NCBI GenBank assembly: GCA_037189525.1
Contig: JBBCJC010000001.1
Span: 512,001-576,000 of the forward strand
DNA: 64,000 nt
DNA from: Gemmatimonadales bacterium
GTDB lineage: Bacteria > Gemmatimonadota > Gemmatimonadetes > Gemmatimonadales > GWC2-71-9
Direction of reading: 5' to 3'
Below, one piece after another: positions 16,631 through 26,489 of the stretch. Below the pieces are notes generated by a model. It did not search any database and was not told the DNA's origin. It worked only from the letters and a program-made list of their open reading frames with translations. Made by a program: the position numbers and the translations under genes. Within the stretch, counting starts at the first letter, position 1. Each line of letters opens with the position of its first letter.

Positions 16631-19294
16631 TTACCCGGTATTCCGCATTCCCGCCGCCACACCATTCACCGTGCTGAGGAAGGCCTCGAACAACCCCGGA
16701 TCGGCCCCCGGCTCGCGCAGCCGGCTCAGCACTTCGGCCTGCACGAGGTTGATGGGATCGACGTAGGGATTCCGCACGTCGATCGACCGCCGCAACACCG
16801 GATTCTCCTCCAACAAATGCTCGTGACCCGTCACCTGCAGCAACACCCGCTCGGTGCGCGCCAGATCTTCCCGCAACTCCACCCCGATCGGTTGCAGGTG
16901 TGGCGGTACCAGCACCTCGTCGTAGACCGCCGCGATGTCCGGCGAAGCCTTGGCCACCACCATCTCGATCAGGTCCAGCGTGGAACGAAAGAACGGCCAG
17001 CCCTGGTACATCGCCCTGAGTTCCGTGGCGTGTCCGGCCCCGAGCGCCTGGTCGAGCGCGGCGCCTACGCCGAGCCACGACGCGAGCAGCAAGCGCGTCT
17101 GGGTCCAGGCAAAGACCCAGGGAATCGCGCGCAGCGACTCCACGCCGCCCACTGAACGCCGGCGCGCCGGGCGGCTGCCGGTTCGCAGCTGGCCCAGCTC
17201 CAGTTCGGGCGTAGCCGTCCGGAAGTACTCGATGAACTCCGGCCTGTCATAGACGATGCTGCGGAAATGCGCCCGGGAGGCATCGGCCAGCGCCTGCATC
17301 CGTACCCGCCACGCCTCCGGCACCGCCAGCGGCTCCAGCAGCGAGGCCTCCAGCGTGGCCGTCGTATACACTTCCAAGGTACGGTCGGCGATTGCCGGCA
17401 AGCCGAACTTGGCGTCCACCATTTCGCCCTGCTCGGTGACGCGGATGGTGCCGTCGATGGAGCCCGGCGGTTGCGACTGAATGGCCAGGTGCGTAGGGCC
17501 ACCGCCCCGACCGACCGATCCGCCACGACCGTGAAACAGGGTCAGCCGCACACCCTGCTTCCGCGCCACGGCGACCAGACGTTCCTGCGCAGCGTAGAGT
17601 TCCCACGCGGCGGCGAGCCGGCCGCCGTCCTTGGCGGAATCGGAGTAGCCGATCATGACCTCCATGGCACCGCCTACCCGCTCTCGATACCACGGCAGCA
17701 GCAACAGCGCCTCCACGATCGCCGCCGCATGCTGCAGGTCGTCGACGGTCTCGAAGAGCGGCACCACCCGAAGCGGCGGCGCGAGCCCCGCCCCCTCCTG
17801 CAGCGCGCACACGGCGAGCATATCGGAGGGCCTTGCCGCCATCGAGATCACATACGCACCGAGGGCATCGCGCGGAAGGGTCGCGGCGGTACGGAAGGTG
17901 TCGAGCGCATCGTCGACATCATCGCTGAACCGTGCGCCTGTTGCGAAAGCTTCGGCAATGACCCCGGTCGCTCCGCTCAGTTCCCCCTGCAGGAACTCTT
18001 GACGCGCCCTCTCGTCCCAGGCGCGGTAGGAGCCGAGCCCGGCAGCCGTCGTGATCGCATCGAGCGCCTCGGTATGGCGGCCCGCCTCCTGCCGCAGATC
18101 GAGCGGAGCGAGCGAGATCCCGAAGCTCGGAATCCGGCGCAGGATGTCGAGCAGGCGCCCGTCGGCCACGCGCGCCGCGCCGGTTTCATGCAACGAGCGG
18201 TAGCAGAGCTGGAGCGGTTCGGCCAGCTCCGCCGCGTCGGCGTAGTCGTCGGGGTGGGGTGTATAGGGCGACCCCGACTCCAGCAGGGCGGTCATTCGGT
18301 CGCGCATGACAAGGAGGCGGGCAACCACGGGCTTGAGCAGCGCGCGATACGGCTCCGGCGCGCTGCCCACCCTGCCCCGCAGCTCACCATTGGCCCGGCC
18401 CATCGACAGCTCGCTGCGCAGGGATTTGATTTCCTGGCGGTACAGGTCGACGGCCATCCAACGCGCCAGCATCACGGCCTGCGCTGTTACCAGCGGAGTG
18501 ACATTCGGATTGCCGTCTCGGTCGCCGCCGATCCAGCTGCCGAACCGAAGGGGGGCCGCGCTCAGCGGCAGTCCATGACCGGTGGCCATCTGCAGCGCGC
18601 GGTCGATTTCGCGCAGCGAGCGCGGTACCGCGTCCCACAGGGTGCCTTCGAACGACACCAGCCCCCACTTCACCTCGTCGAACGGCGTCGGTGCCTGACG
18701 CCGGACCTCGTTTGTCAGCCAGAGGCTGGTCACTTCGGCCGCGAGCGCACGGGTCAGCTCCTCGCGTTCACCAGGCGTCAGATCGGTGCGATCGCGCTCG
18801 CCCAGAAGCTCAGCGATCCGCCGCTGAGTGCGCCTGACGGTACGACGGACCACTTCGGTCGGATGCGCCGTGATGACGAGCTCCACGTGCAGCGAGCCCA
18901 CCGCCGCGTGGAGTTCCTCGGGGGTCACCCCGGCGCCGAGCAGTCGCCGAAAACTCTCGGTCAGGGAGCCTCGTTGCGGCGGCTGGTCGGGGGTGCGCAG
19001 ATAGTCGCGGCGGCGGCGGATGCGGTGGTGCTGTTCGGCAATGTTGGCCAGGCCGAGGAAATGGGCAAAGGCGCGGGCCACTGTCAGCGACTGCGGCGTC
19101 GAGAGCGCCTGCAGAGTGCGAGTCAGCTCCTCACGCGCCACCCTGCCGCCGCGGGCATCCTTGGCCAGGACGCGCACGCGTTCGACCGTCTCGAACAGCG
19201 CGTCGCCCTCCTGCTCGCGCAGCGTGGCGCCGAGCAGCTCGCCGAGGAGGCGGACGTCGGCGTGGAGGGGGGCGTGGGGGGAGGCAACGGACAT
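16631..19294 (-). CDS. ppc: Phosphoenolpyruvate carboxylase
   Basis: TAHPTE, GSWIGGDRDGNP, GYSDSAKDGG, FHGRGGSVGRGG, LRAIPWVFAW, C-terminal MRNTG. Confidence 0.97.
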   Translation of the reverse strand: MSVASPHAPLHADVRLLGELLGATLREQEGDALFETVERVRVLAKDARGGRVAREELTRTLQALSTPQSLTVARAFAHFLGLANIAEQHHRIRRRRDYLRTPDQPPQRGSLTESFRRLLGAGVTPEELHAAVGSLHVELVITAHPTEVVRRTVRRTQRRIAELLGERDRTDLTPGEREELTRALAAEVTSLWLTNEVRRQAPTPFDEVKWGLVSFEGTLWDAVPRSLREIDRALQMATGHGLPLSAAPLRFGSWIGGDRDGNPNVTPLVTAQAVMLARWMAVDLYRQEIKSLRSELSMGRANGELRGRVGSAPEPYRALLKPVVARLLVMRDRMTALLESGSPYTPHPDDYADAAELAEPLQLCYRSLHETGAARVADGRLLDILRRIPSFGISLAPLDLRQEAGRHTEALDAITTAAGLGSYRAWDERARQEFLQGELSGATGVIAEAFATGARFSDDVDDALDTFRTAATLPRDALGAYVISMAARPSDMLAVCALQEGAGLAPPLRVVPLFETVDDLQHAAAIVEALLLLPWYRERVGGAMEVMIGYSDSAKDGGRLAAAWELYAAQERLVAVARKQGVRLTLFHGRGGSVGRGGGPTHLAIQSQPPGSIDGTIRVTEQGEMVDAKFGLPAIADRTLEVYTTATLEASLLEPLAVPEAWRVRMQALADASRAHFRSIVYDRPEFIEYFRTATPELELGQLRTGSRPARRRSVGGVESLRAIPWVFAWTQTRLLLASWLGVGAALDQALGAGHATELRAMYQGWPFFRSTLDLIEMVVAKASPDIAAVYDEVLVPPHLQPIGVELREDLARTERVLLQVTGHEHLLEENPVLRRSIDVRNPYVDPINLVQAEVLSRLREPGADPGLFEAFLSTVNGVAAGMRNTG

Positions 19295-19530
19295 GGTGGC
19301 CCAATCGAAGCTCGGTACGTACAACCAACGTGGATCGAGGGGCGCTGGCAAGTTTTCGATGGGAGAACCAGGGGGGGGGGAGCGCGACATCCCTGAGCGT
19401 TCACCGACTTTCGGCCAGCGCGGCGGAACGCGCTGCCAGCACGTGGATGAACGGATCGGCGCGTTCCGAATCTGGTGGGAGCCACTCAAACGGGAACTCG
19501 AATCGATCCGCCGCTCCCGTCCCAGCCAGT

Positions 19531-21309
19531 CTACCGACCGCTGACGGCACCTCGCTTGGGCCACGTCACCGGCGACTGCGCGTGACGCGTCATCGAGACG
19601 ACTTTGCCGGACGCATCCCGGTTGAAGATGATGGCGACGTTCGGCGAATCCCGGACATGCCAGTGATCCGCCTGCCGAGAGGAGCGTAGCGGGGCGACTC
19701 CGCCGTTCGGCGCGCGAATCCCGAGCACGCCGTCCTGCACGATCACCTCGACGTCATTTTCCGAGCCGGTCACCTGGTACCGGCCCGCCGCGTCGGCCAG
19801 CTCGGCCGAGGACGCCACGCGATCCGCAGCGAGCGAATCCGCCAGCGGCGAACCGACCCGCGGCACGTCGTACGCCTTGTCGCCCTGATAAAACACGAGC
19901 TTGCCGGCAGGCGCGCCTTCGCTGGGCTCGAAGGCCACCTGCAGCCCCTGGCGGGCAATCTCGGCCCCCCAGCGCTTCGCGTCTTCGAGCCAGACCAGGT
20001 CGAATGGGAGCCGGCTCGGCACGTCGAGCACCAGCTTGCCGTTGCGCCAGAGGACTTCGAAGACTTCCTTCTGGAACGGCCCGAAGTTGGCCACGTAGCG
20101 ACCGACGTACCCCTGGTACGCCACCGGCACCGGCTCGGCAGCGGCGCCGGGATTGATCAGAAAACGCTCGAGCGCCTCCTCGAATCGAAGCGGCGTGGTG
20201 CCGCCGCGTGACTGCGTGAAGTAGAACACCATCAGGTTGCGATCGGGCCAGGCCCACGCATTGGTGCCATCCGACCCGCTGTGCCCCAGAATGCGAACCC
20301 GATCGGGATGGCCCTGCTCGACGTGCAGCACGGCCATCTGCCCGTACCAGACCTCGAGCCCGCGGAACGAGGTCGGCACTCGCGCATCATTGCCCAGCAT
20401 CGACATCGGCGATGCCGGCGTCGTCTGCCGCAGAACGGCTTCCTTGGACAGGAGCTGGCGATTCCCTACCCGCCCACTGTCCACCCAGAGCTGGAGAAAC
20501 TTCGCATAGTCCCGCGGGGTCGAGTAGAGCGTCTGCGATCCCCAGGCGAAGGGATAGAGCGCCTTGCCATCCGCGGGATTCCAGAAGCGGATCCACGACC
20601 CCCCGGACGCGATATAGGGGCTCGCGATCCGCCCCCAGCGAGGATCGCCGGCATCGGTGCCGAAGAACGTGTCCGTCATGCCCAGCGGCTCGAGCAACTC
20701 GCTGCGCACGAACTCGGCGAAGGGCCGCCCGCTCGCGACCTGGACCAGCGCTGCCGCCACATCGGTCCCCGCATCGCTGTACCAGAACTTGCTGTCGGGG
20801 GCGTGAGCCGGTCCCTGCTCACCAATCGCGTTCACCTGGGCCAGGAGGTTCGGAAACTGGTCGAGGCGTTCGAGGACGATGGTGAGCGGCAGGCCAGCCC
20901 GGTGCGTCAGCACCTGCCGGACGGTGATCGCGCGGGAGCGGTCGTTGTCGAAGCTGGGCAGGTACTTGCTGACGGGATCATCGAGCGAGAGCTTGCCGCG
21001 ATCGATCAGAAGCTGCGCGGCCGCACCGGTAAGCGGCTTGGTCATCGACCGGATGTTGGAGATGGTGCCGACAGTCCAGGGTCGCTTCGACTCGCGGTCG
21101 GCCAGACCATGCGACTGGTGCAGCAGCACCTTGCCGTCGTAGAGCACCAGCAGCTCACCGCCGACCGCGAACCCCTGCGCCACATAGGAGGCGACGACGG
21201 AATCGAGGGCCTCGAGCGCCGCTGGGGCGGGCGGAGCTGGGGCCTGGGCAGCCGCGACACCCGCAAACAGCGAAAACAACACTCCGGAAAGGGCGAACGA
21301 CCGGCACAT
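19531..21309 (-). CDS. Secreted serine hydrolase (beta-lactamase/class C-like family)
   Basis: Signal peptide, SMTK, LTHRAGL, WYSD, GHSG. Confidence 0.85.
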   Translation of the reverse strand: MCRSFALSGVLFSLFAGVAAAQAPAPPAPAALEALDSVVASYVAQGFAVGGELLVLYDGKVLLHQSHGLADRESKRPWTVGTISNIRSMTKPLTGAAAQLLIDRGKLSLDDPVSKYLPSFDNDRSRAITVRQVLTHRAGLPLTIVLERLDQFPNLLAQVNAIGEQGPAHAPDSKFWYSDAGTDVAAALVQVASGRPFAEFVRSELLEPLGMTDTFFGTDAGDPRWGRIASPYIASGGSWIRFWNPADGKALYPFAWGSQTLYSTPRDYAKFLQLWVDSGRVGNRQLLSKEAVLRQTTPASPMSMLGNDARVPTSFRGLEVWYGQMAVLHVEQGHPDRVRILGHSGSDGTNAWAWPDRNLMVFYFTQSRGGTTPLRFEEALERFLINPGAAAEPVPVAYQGYVGRYVANFGPFQKEVFEVLWRNGKLVLDVPSRLPFDLVWLEDAKRWGAEIARQGLQVAFEPSEGAPAGKLVFYQGDKAYDVPRVGSPLADSLAADRVASSAELADAAGRYQVTGSENDVEVIVQDGVLGIRAPNGGVAPLRSSRQADHWHVRDSPNVAIIFNRDASGKVVSMTRHAQSPVTWPKRGAVSGR

Positions 21310-21346
21310 GACTGGCACTCCCTCCAAGCCGACAGGAACATCGCTT

Positions 21347-21358
21347 AATTGCGCAATT
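21347..21358. promoter_or_regulatory. Perfect palindrome AATTGCGCAATT, candidate MarR operator
   Basis: 12-bp palindrome in the AT-rich spacer between the divergent hydrolase and MarR genes. Confidence 0.45.
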
Positions 21359-21484
21359 GATTGTACATTGTGGGAAACAAAAGCGCAAATGACCGTCCCT
21401 CGGTGATATGTTCGCTGGTGGATGAGAGTCGGTCGCAGGTACTACCCGCGGAATACAGCATCCCAAACGGAGTCGAGCCGCCAG

Positions 21485-21988
21485 ATGAATGAGATCCCCT
21501 TCTTCGCAACCACTTCGGCTTTCGCGATGCGGGTCGGCCAACTCGCCACGACGCTCTATGACCAAATGGACGCGAGCCTGGCGGCCTACGGCATCGAGCT
21601 GCCGGGCTACACCACGAGCATCGTCCAGAGCCTTTACCACGGCGGACCGCAGTCGATTTCGGACCTTGCCCAGCAACTGGAGCTCTCCCACCAGCTCGCC
21701 TCGCAACGCGTCAACTGGCTGGTGAGACAAGGATTCGCGACCAGCGTCTCCGGCGCCGAGGATCGGCGCACCCGGATCGTGAGCCTGAGCCGCGCCGGCC
21801 GAGCCCAGGCGGCGAAGCTTCAGGAGTTCCTGCCGATCCTCGCGCAGGCGTACGGCGACCTGTTCGAGGAGATCGGCGTCGACCTGCACGACGCGACGGT
21901 ACGCGCGTCTGTCGCGCTCAGCGGGCGATCGCTCGCGGAACGGTTCAGCCATCCGGCGGCCATGGCTGGCAAGACTCCACGGCCCTAA
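21485..21988 (+). CDS. MarR-family transcriptional regulator
   Basis: SISDLAQQLELSHQLASQRVNWL helix-turn-helix, EDRRTRIVSLSRAG. Confidence 0.85.
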   Translation: MNEIPFFATTSAFAMRVGQLATTLYDQMDASLAAYGIELPGYTTSIVQSLYHGGPQSISDLAQQLELSHQLASQRVNWLVRQGFATSVSGAEDRRTRIVSLSRAGRAQAAKLQEFLPILAQAYGDLFEEIGVDLHDATVRASVALSGRSLAERFSHPAAMAGKTPRP

Positions 21989-21994
21989 AAAGAC

Positions 21995-23491
21995 TCAGTA
22001 CACCACAGGCCTCGGCGTAGCGCTGTTGACGGTCGAGCCGTCGCCGAGTTGGCCAGAGGTGTTGGCGCCCCAGCAGGAAGTCAGCGGCTCGGTGAACCTC
22101 AACACACAGCCGTGCTGTAATCCCGCTCCAACCTGCCAAGCATCCGCCACGCCCACGACACGTTGCGGCAGATTGCTATTGCCGGTCGCGCCGCCAAGGC
22201 CGAGTTGCCCCTCGAAATTCTTCCCCCAGCAGTAGACCATCTGATCGGTCGCCAGGCCACAGGTGTGCTCCGCACCGGCGCTGATCCCGGCAAAGAGCAC
22301 ACCGCCCCCCACGCGAGTCGGAACGGTTCGGTTGGTTTCCGTTCCGTCGCCGAGCTGGCCATAGAAGTTATTTCCCCAGCAATACGCTTCGCCGTTTCCA
22401 GTAACACCACAACTATGGACGCTCCCGGTACTGACTGCCGTGAACTCGATGTCTCCGGCAACCGCCGTGGGCGGAGTAGCCAGGTCACTGGTGCTGCCGA
22501 TGCCGAGTTGGCCGCGATGGTTCGCGCCCCAACAATAGGCGGTGCCGTCAGTCGTCACTCCGCAGGTGTGATTGCCTCCGACGCTGGCCGAGACGAAGCT
22601 CAATGCGCCGGCAACACGAACAGGGACCGTTCGAGCGCTTTGGGTTCCGTCGCCCAACTGCCCCGCATTGTTGTTGCCCCAGCAATACAGTTCGCTCGGA
22701 AAGGTGGTCAAGCCGCAGGTGTGAGTCGAACCCGCGCTCAGCCGGGCGAAGGTAAGACCGCCTGATACGGGAACCGGTGCGAGGCGGGCGTCCACCTCCG
22801 TTCCATCGCCCAGCGTCCCGCCCACGTTAGCCCCCCAGCAATAGGCGGTGCCGCTGGTGGTGACCGCGCAAACGTGGTTGCCACCCGCGCTCAGGCTGAC
22901 GAATTGTGGCTGCGGATCCGGGATCGCAATCGGGCTCGGCAAGGGCCTCGCCGTCGTCGTCCCATCGCCAAGTTCGCCCGAGCGATTATTCCCCCAGCAT
23001 TGGACAACGCCTCCCCTGTCGATCCCGCAGGTAAACTCCCCGCCCGGGCTGATGGCGTCGAGGGTCATCGGAGCGACCACCCGAAACGGCGCGCTGGTGG
23101 CACTCGTCAAGGATGTGGCGGACGCGACGAGGGTGTAGCCGGCGCCGCGCTGATCGAGCCGGAGATTCGGGAAGGTGGCCTTGCCCGCTACCGCGGCGGC
23201 CGTCATTGCGCCGGTCAACGCGGCCCCACCGGGATTGGCGCCAAGGCTGATGGCGACGGTCCCGGTCGCCGTGGTCACTGGAGCCCCGGCCGCATCCCGG
23301 AGTTCGACCTCGACCGGCGGCGTGATCGGCTCTCCGGCCAGAGTGGTTCCGGGTCCGACCACAATCACCAACTGCGTGGGAGCGGGAGGGGGTGGTGGCG
23401 GAGGAACCGGCGGTGGCGGCGGGGTAGGCCCTTCCCCACCGCACGCCACAACAGACAGCAGTACGAGTACGCTCCGCCAGTGCCGGACCAT
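21995..23491 (-). CDS. RCC1-repeat lipoprotein with Ig-like N-terminal domain
   Basis: VACG lipobox, poly-Pro linker, seven repeats of HTCG...CWGxNxxGQLGDG. Confidence 0.9.
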   Translation of the reverse strand: MVRHWRSVLVLLSVVACGGEGPTPPPPPVPPPPPPPAPTQLVIVVGPGTTLAGEPITPPVEVELRDAAGAPVTTATGTVAISLGANPGGAALTGAMTAAAVAGKATFPNLRLDQRGAGYTLVASATSLTSATSAPFRVVAPMTLDAISPGGEFTCGIDRGGVVQCWGNNRSGELGDGTTTARPLPSPIAIPDPQPQFVSLSAGGNHVCAVTTSGTAYCWGANVGGTLGDGTEVDARLAPVPVSGGLTFARLSAGSTHTCGLTTFPSELYCWGNNNAGQLGDGTQSARTVPVRVAGALSFVSASVGGNHTCGVTTDGTAYCWGANHRGQLGIGSTSDLATPPTAVAGDIEFTAVSTGSVHSCGVTGNGEAYCWGNNFYGQLGDGTETNRTVPTRVGGGVLFAGISAGAEHTCGLATDQMVYCWGKNFEGQLGLGGATGNSNLPQRVVGVADAWQVGAGLQHGCVLRFTEPLTSCWGANTSGQLGDGSTVNSATPRPVVY

Positions 23492-23710
23492 AGGGGCCTA
23501 TCCTTCGTTTACTTGAGACGTTTGCCTAAGACGCGCTCGACCGGCGGGGTACTTGGAATGACAACGGTACGAACCAACTGGGATCAACTTTCCAGCTGAC
23601 GGACCCGGCGCTCTACTAGCTGAGCTACATCACAAAATGTGGGGAGAATACCCGCCCCCCGCAATACGGGGCGTTGGAGTGGAACGGGTAGATCCTGAAA
23701 GTCGAGGAAG

Positions 23711-23783
23711 CTGGGGCGGCAGGTTTCGAACCTGCAACCTTCCGGTTAACAGCCGGACGCTCTGCCAGTTGAGCTACACCCCA
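23711..23783 (-). tRNA. tRNA-Asn (GTT), CCA not encoded
   Basis: Cloverleaf: acceptor stem TGGGGTG/CGCCCCA (U1-A72), D-arm GCTC/GAGC, anticodon arm TCCGG-CTGTTAA-CCGGA, T-arm GCAGG-TTCGAAA-CCTGC. Confidence 0.97.
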
Positions 23784-24129
23784 AGGAGCACGCAGGTTAA
23801 CCGGGACCCCGGAGCCCCGTCAACTAGGGATAACCCGGTCGTGACGGCCGATTCTCGCTCCGGGCGAATATGTCTATCCCAATACGCCGCAACAGGATGC
23901 CCCCTGCCGCTCCGGCCGACCCCGATCCCGTCCCCATAATCGATCAAACGGATCCCAATTCCCCGGTACCACCGGGCGAAGAGACGATTCCGCGGCATTC
24001 CTTGCTGGCAGTATCGCCCCCGCGTAGACTAGTCAGCACCGACCGTTTTTTTCTGAGCGCGGACCATCGCGCGCACCTTGCGAAGGTCGCGGCCCGCCGC
24101 ACACTTCGCACTGCCTGGGAGCGAAGCGG

Positions 24130-24750
24130 CTGACCACCCACGCCATCATCCTCGCCGCCGGGGCCGGGACCCGTTTCGGTTCCGGCGGCGCCAAACTGCT
24201 CACACCGTGGCGGGGACGGCCGCTGGTCGGGCACGTGCTCACCACCCTGGCCCGCGCCGTCAAAGACCGGATCATCACCGGCGGCGTGCTCGTCTACGGA
24301 CCTGGCGGCGACGTCCTCCGCGACCTGGCCACCAGCGCCGGCTTCGATGCGGTGCAAGCCAGCCGCGCCGGACAGGGTATTTCGGAGAGTCTCAAGGCCG
24401 GCATCGTCACCCTGGCCGCGACGACCACGCCCCGGGACGTTCGCTCGGCGCTGATCTGCCTGGGCGATCAACCCCTGCTCCGGCTCGAGACCATCGCCGC
24501 CGTGGTGGCCGCCAGCGGCGAAGGCGGTACCCGCCTGGTGCGCGCCCGCTACCGCGACGACCCGGACCATCCCGGCCATCCGGTCCAGGTCGGTCGCGCC
24601 CACTGGCACCTGATCACCGAAACCGAGGGCGACCGCGGCCTCGATCCGATCGTCCGCGCCCACGGCCTGGCCTGGCGCGAGGTCGAGGTGGACGGGTCCA
24701 ACCCCGACGTCGACACCCAGGCTGACCTGGATCGCCTCGAGCACCTCTGA
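24130..24750 (+). CDS. MobA/MocA-like NTP transferase (molybdenum cofactor nucleotidyltransferase family)
   Basis: In-frame IILAAGAGTRFG..AKLL upstream of the tracked ORF; LGDQP, GHPV, DVDTQADL. Probable CTG start. Confidence 0.85.
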   Translation: MTTHAIILAAGAGTRFGSGGAKLLTPWRGRPLVGHVLTTLARAVKDRIITGGVLVYGPGGDVLRDLATSAGFDAVQASRAGQGISESLKAGIVTLAATTTPRDVRSALICLGDQPLLRLETIAAVVAASGEGGTRLVRARYRDDPDHPGHPVQVGRAHWHLITETEGDRGLDPIVRAHGLAWREVEVDGSNPDVDTQADLDRLEHL

Positions 24751-24850
24751 TCGTCAGTTTGATCGGACATATACATACAATTGACCGGACCTTTCGCACG
24801 CGTGGAGCACGCGCTACCTTCTGACGATCCCTTCCCGTCCGAGGCAAACG

Positions 24851-26488
24851 TTGCCGTTCTTGCTCCGCTCGCTGGCCATCATCCTGATCGCCCTTGCACT
24901 AACGACTGCTGTCGGTCAGGCTGCTCCACGCTTCGAAGTGACCATCGCCCCAACCGCTCATGCCGGCCCGCTGACCGGCCGGCTCATCGTGGCCGTTTCC
25001 AAGAATGACCAGGTCGAGCCGCGGTTCCAGGTCGCCCCGGGCGGCCCCGCCATCTTCGGCGTCGATCTCGAAGGCGCCAGGCCGGGCACGACGATTACCG
25101 TCGACAACAAAGCCATCGGATACCCGATGAGCCTGGCGGAGCTACCAGCCGGCGACTACTGGGTGCAGGCGGTAGTCATGGTGTATTCGGAAGTCCATCG
25201 CGCAGACGGCCACACCCTGTGGCTCCCGATGAACGACGGCCGGATCGAATCGTTCCATAGCGCGGCGGGCAATCTGATAAGCGAGGTCCAGAAGGTGCGC
25301 ATCGACGGCGGGAGCCGGCCGATCCGCATTGCAGTCAACCGCGTACTGCCAAAGCTTCCGCGTCCGACCGATACGGAATGGGTCAAACGGATCACCGTCC
25401 AGAGTAAGAAGCTCACCGCCTTCTGGGGCCGGCCGACCTACATTCACGCCGCCGTCCTCTTACCCAGAGGGTATGCGGAGGAACCGAATCGGCGATATCC
25501 GGCGATCTATACACTCGGGCACGGCGTCCCCTTTCAGTTCCGCACCGATTCGGTCGGCCAGGGGATCGGGCAAATCAACCCCATTACCGGTACCGAAACC
25601 GGCTTCGATTTTCACAAGGCATGGATTCGCGACGACTTTCCGCGCGTCATCGTGATCACCCTGGAACAACAGACGCCCTTTTTCCCGGACTCCTACTCGA
25701 TCAACTCGGCCAACAACGGCCCGTACGGAGACGCGGTCGTCGAAGAGGTGATTCCCGAGCTCGAGCGGCAATTCCGGATCATCGCCGAGCCGTATGCCCG
25801 GCATCTGGAGGGCGCGTCGACCAGCGGCTGGCAGACGCTCGCTCTGCAACTGCACTACCCCGACTACTTCGGGGGCGCCTGGATCTTCCAACCCGATCCG
25901 ATCGATTTCGCCCGCCACCAGCTGATCGACATCTATCGGGACGAGAACGCATTCACCATCCCGGTCGGACAGTTCATCACGGCGGAGCGGTGGATGCGCC
26001 GCACCGTCGAGGGGCAGCCGATCTGGAGTGTCCGCCAAATGAGCCGCTTCGAGGCCGTGCTCGGCTCAAAGGGGCGCTCCGGCAGGCAATTCCAGGCCTG
26101 GGAGGCCGTCTATGGACCGACCGGACCGGATGGCTACCCGAAACCGCTCTGGGATCCGCTCACCGGCGTGATCGACAAGTCGGTTGCCGCATACTGGAAG
26201 GAGCACGGCTACGATCTGCGCGACTACGCCGAGCGTAACTGGGCCACGCTCGGCCCCAAACTGGCGGGCAAGCTGCGCTTCTTTCTCCCGGACATGGACG
26301 ACTTCTACCTCAATCTCGCCATGTACCGGTTCGAGGATTTCCTGAAACGGGCGGAGGGCCCGAAGAGCGACGCGGAGTTCATCTACGGACGTCCGCTGAA
26401 GGGACACAGCTGGCATCCGTACCCCTGGGCGGAGCTGGTCCGCCGGTTTGCCGCCACGGTCGAGCACAACGCACCTCGGAGCCGTTAG
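24851..26488 (+). CDS. Secreted alpha/beta hydrolase (putative esterase)
   Basis: Signal peptide, NSANNGPYGD, GASTSGW elbow, PDPIDF. Confidence 0.75.
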   Translation: MPFLLRSLAIILIALALTTAVGQAAPRFEVTIAPTAHAGPLTGRLIVAVSKNDQVEPRFQVAPGGPAIFGVDLEGARPGTTITVDNKAIGYPMSLAELPAGDYWVQAVVMVYSEVHRADGHTLWLPMNDGRIESFHSAAGNLISEVQKVRIDGGSRPIRIAVNRVLPKLPRPTDTEWVKRITVQSKKLTAFWGRPTYIHAAVLLPRGYAEEPNRRYPAIYTLGHGVPFQFRTDSVGQGIGQINPITGTETGFDFHKAWIRDDFPRVIVITLEQQTPFFPDSYSINSANNGPYGDAVVEEVIPELERQFRIIAEPYARHLEGASTSGWQTLALQLHYPDYFGGAWIFQPDPIDFARHQLIDIYRDENAFTIPVGQFITAERWMRRTVEGQPIWSVRQMSRFEAVLGSKGRSGRQFQAWEAVYGPTGPDGYPKPLWDPLTGVIDKSVAAYWKEHGYDLRDYAERNWATLGPKLAGKLRFFLPDMDDFYLNLAMYRFEDFLKRAEGPKSDAEFIYGRPLKGHSWHPYPWAELVRRFAATVEHNAPRSR

Positions 26489-26489
26489 G

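Noticed and set aside
17267..19396. 709-aa plus-strand ORF (and similar long ORFs at 44246-46411, 46731-48317, 61659-63173)
   Set aside because: Antisense to well-supported genes, no motifs; an expected artefact of high GC.
21995..23100. Repetitive sequence as a possible CRISPR or tandem array
   Set aside because: It is the coding periodicity of RCC1 repeats; no CRISPR array was seen in the window.
24760..24769. TGATCGGACA as a fourth GntR-like site
   Set aside because: Two mismatches in the core; too weak without a weight-matrix scan.
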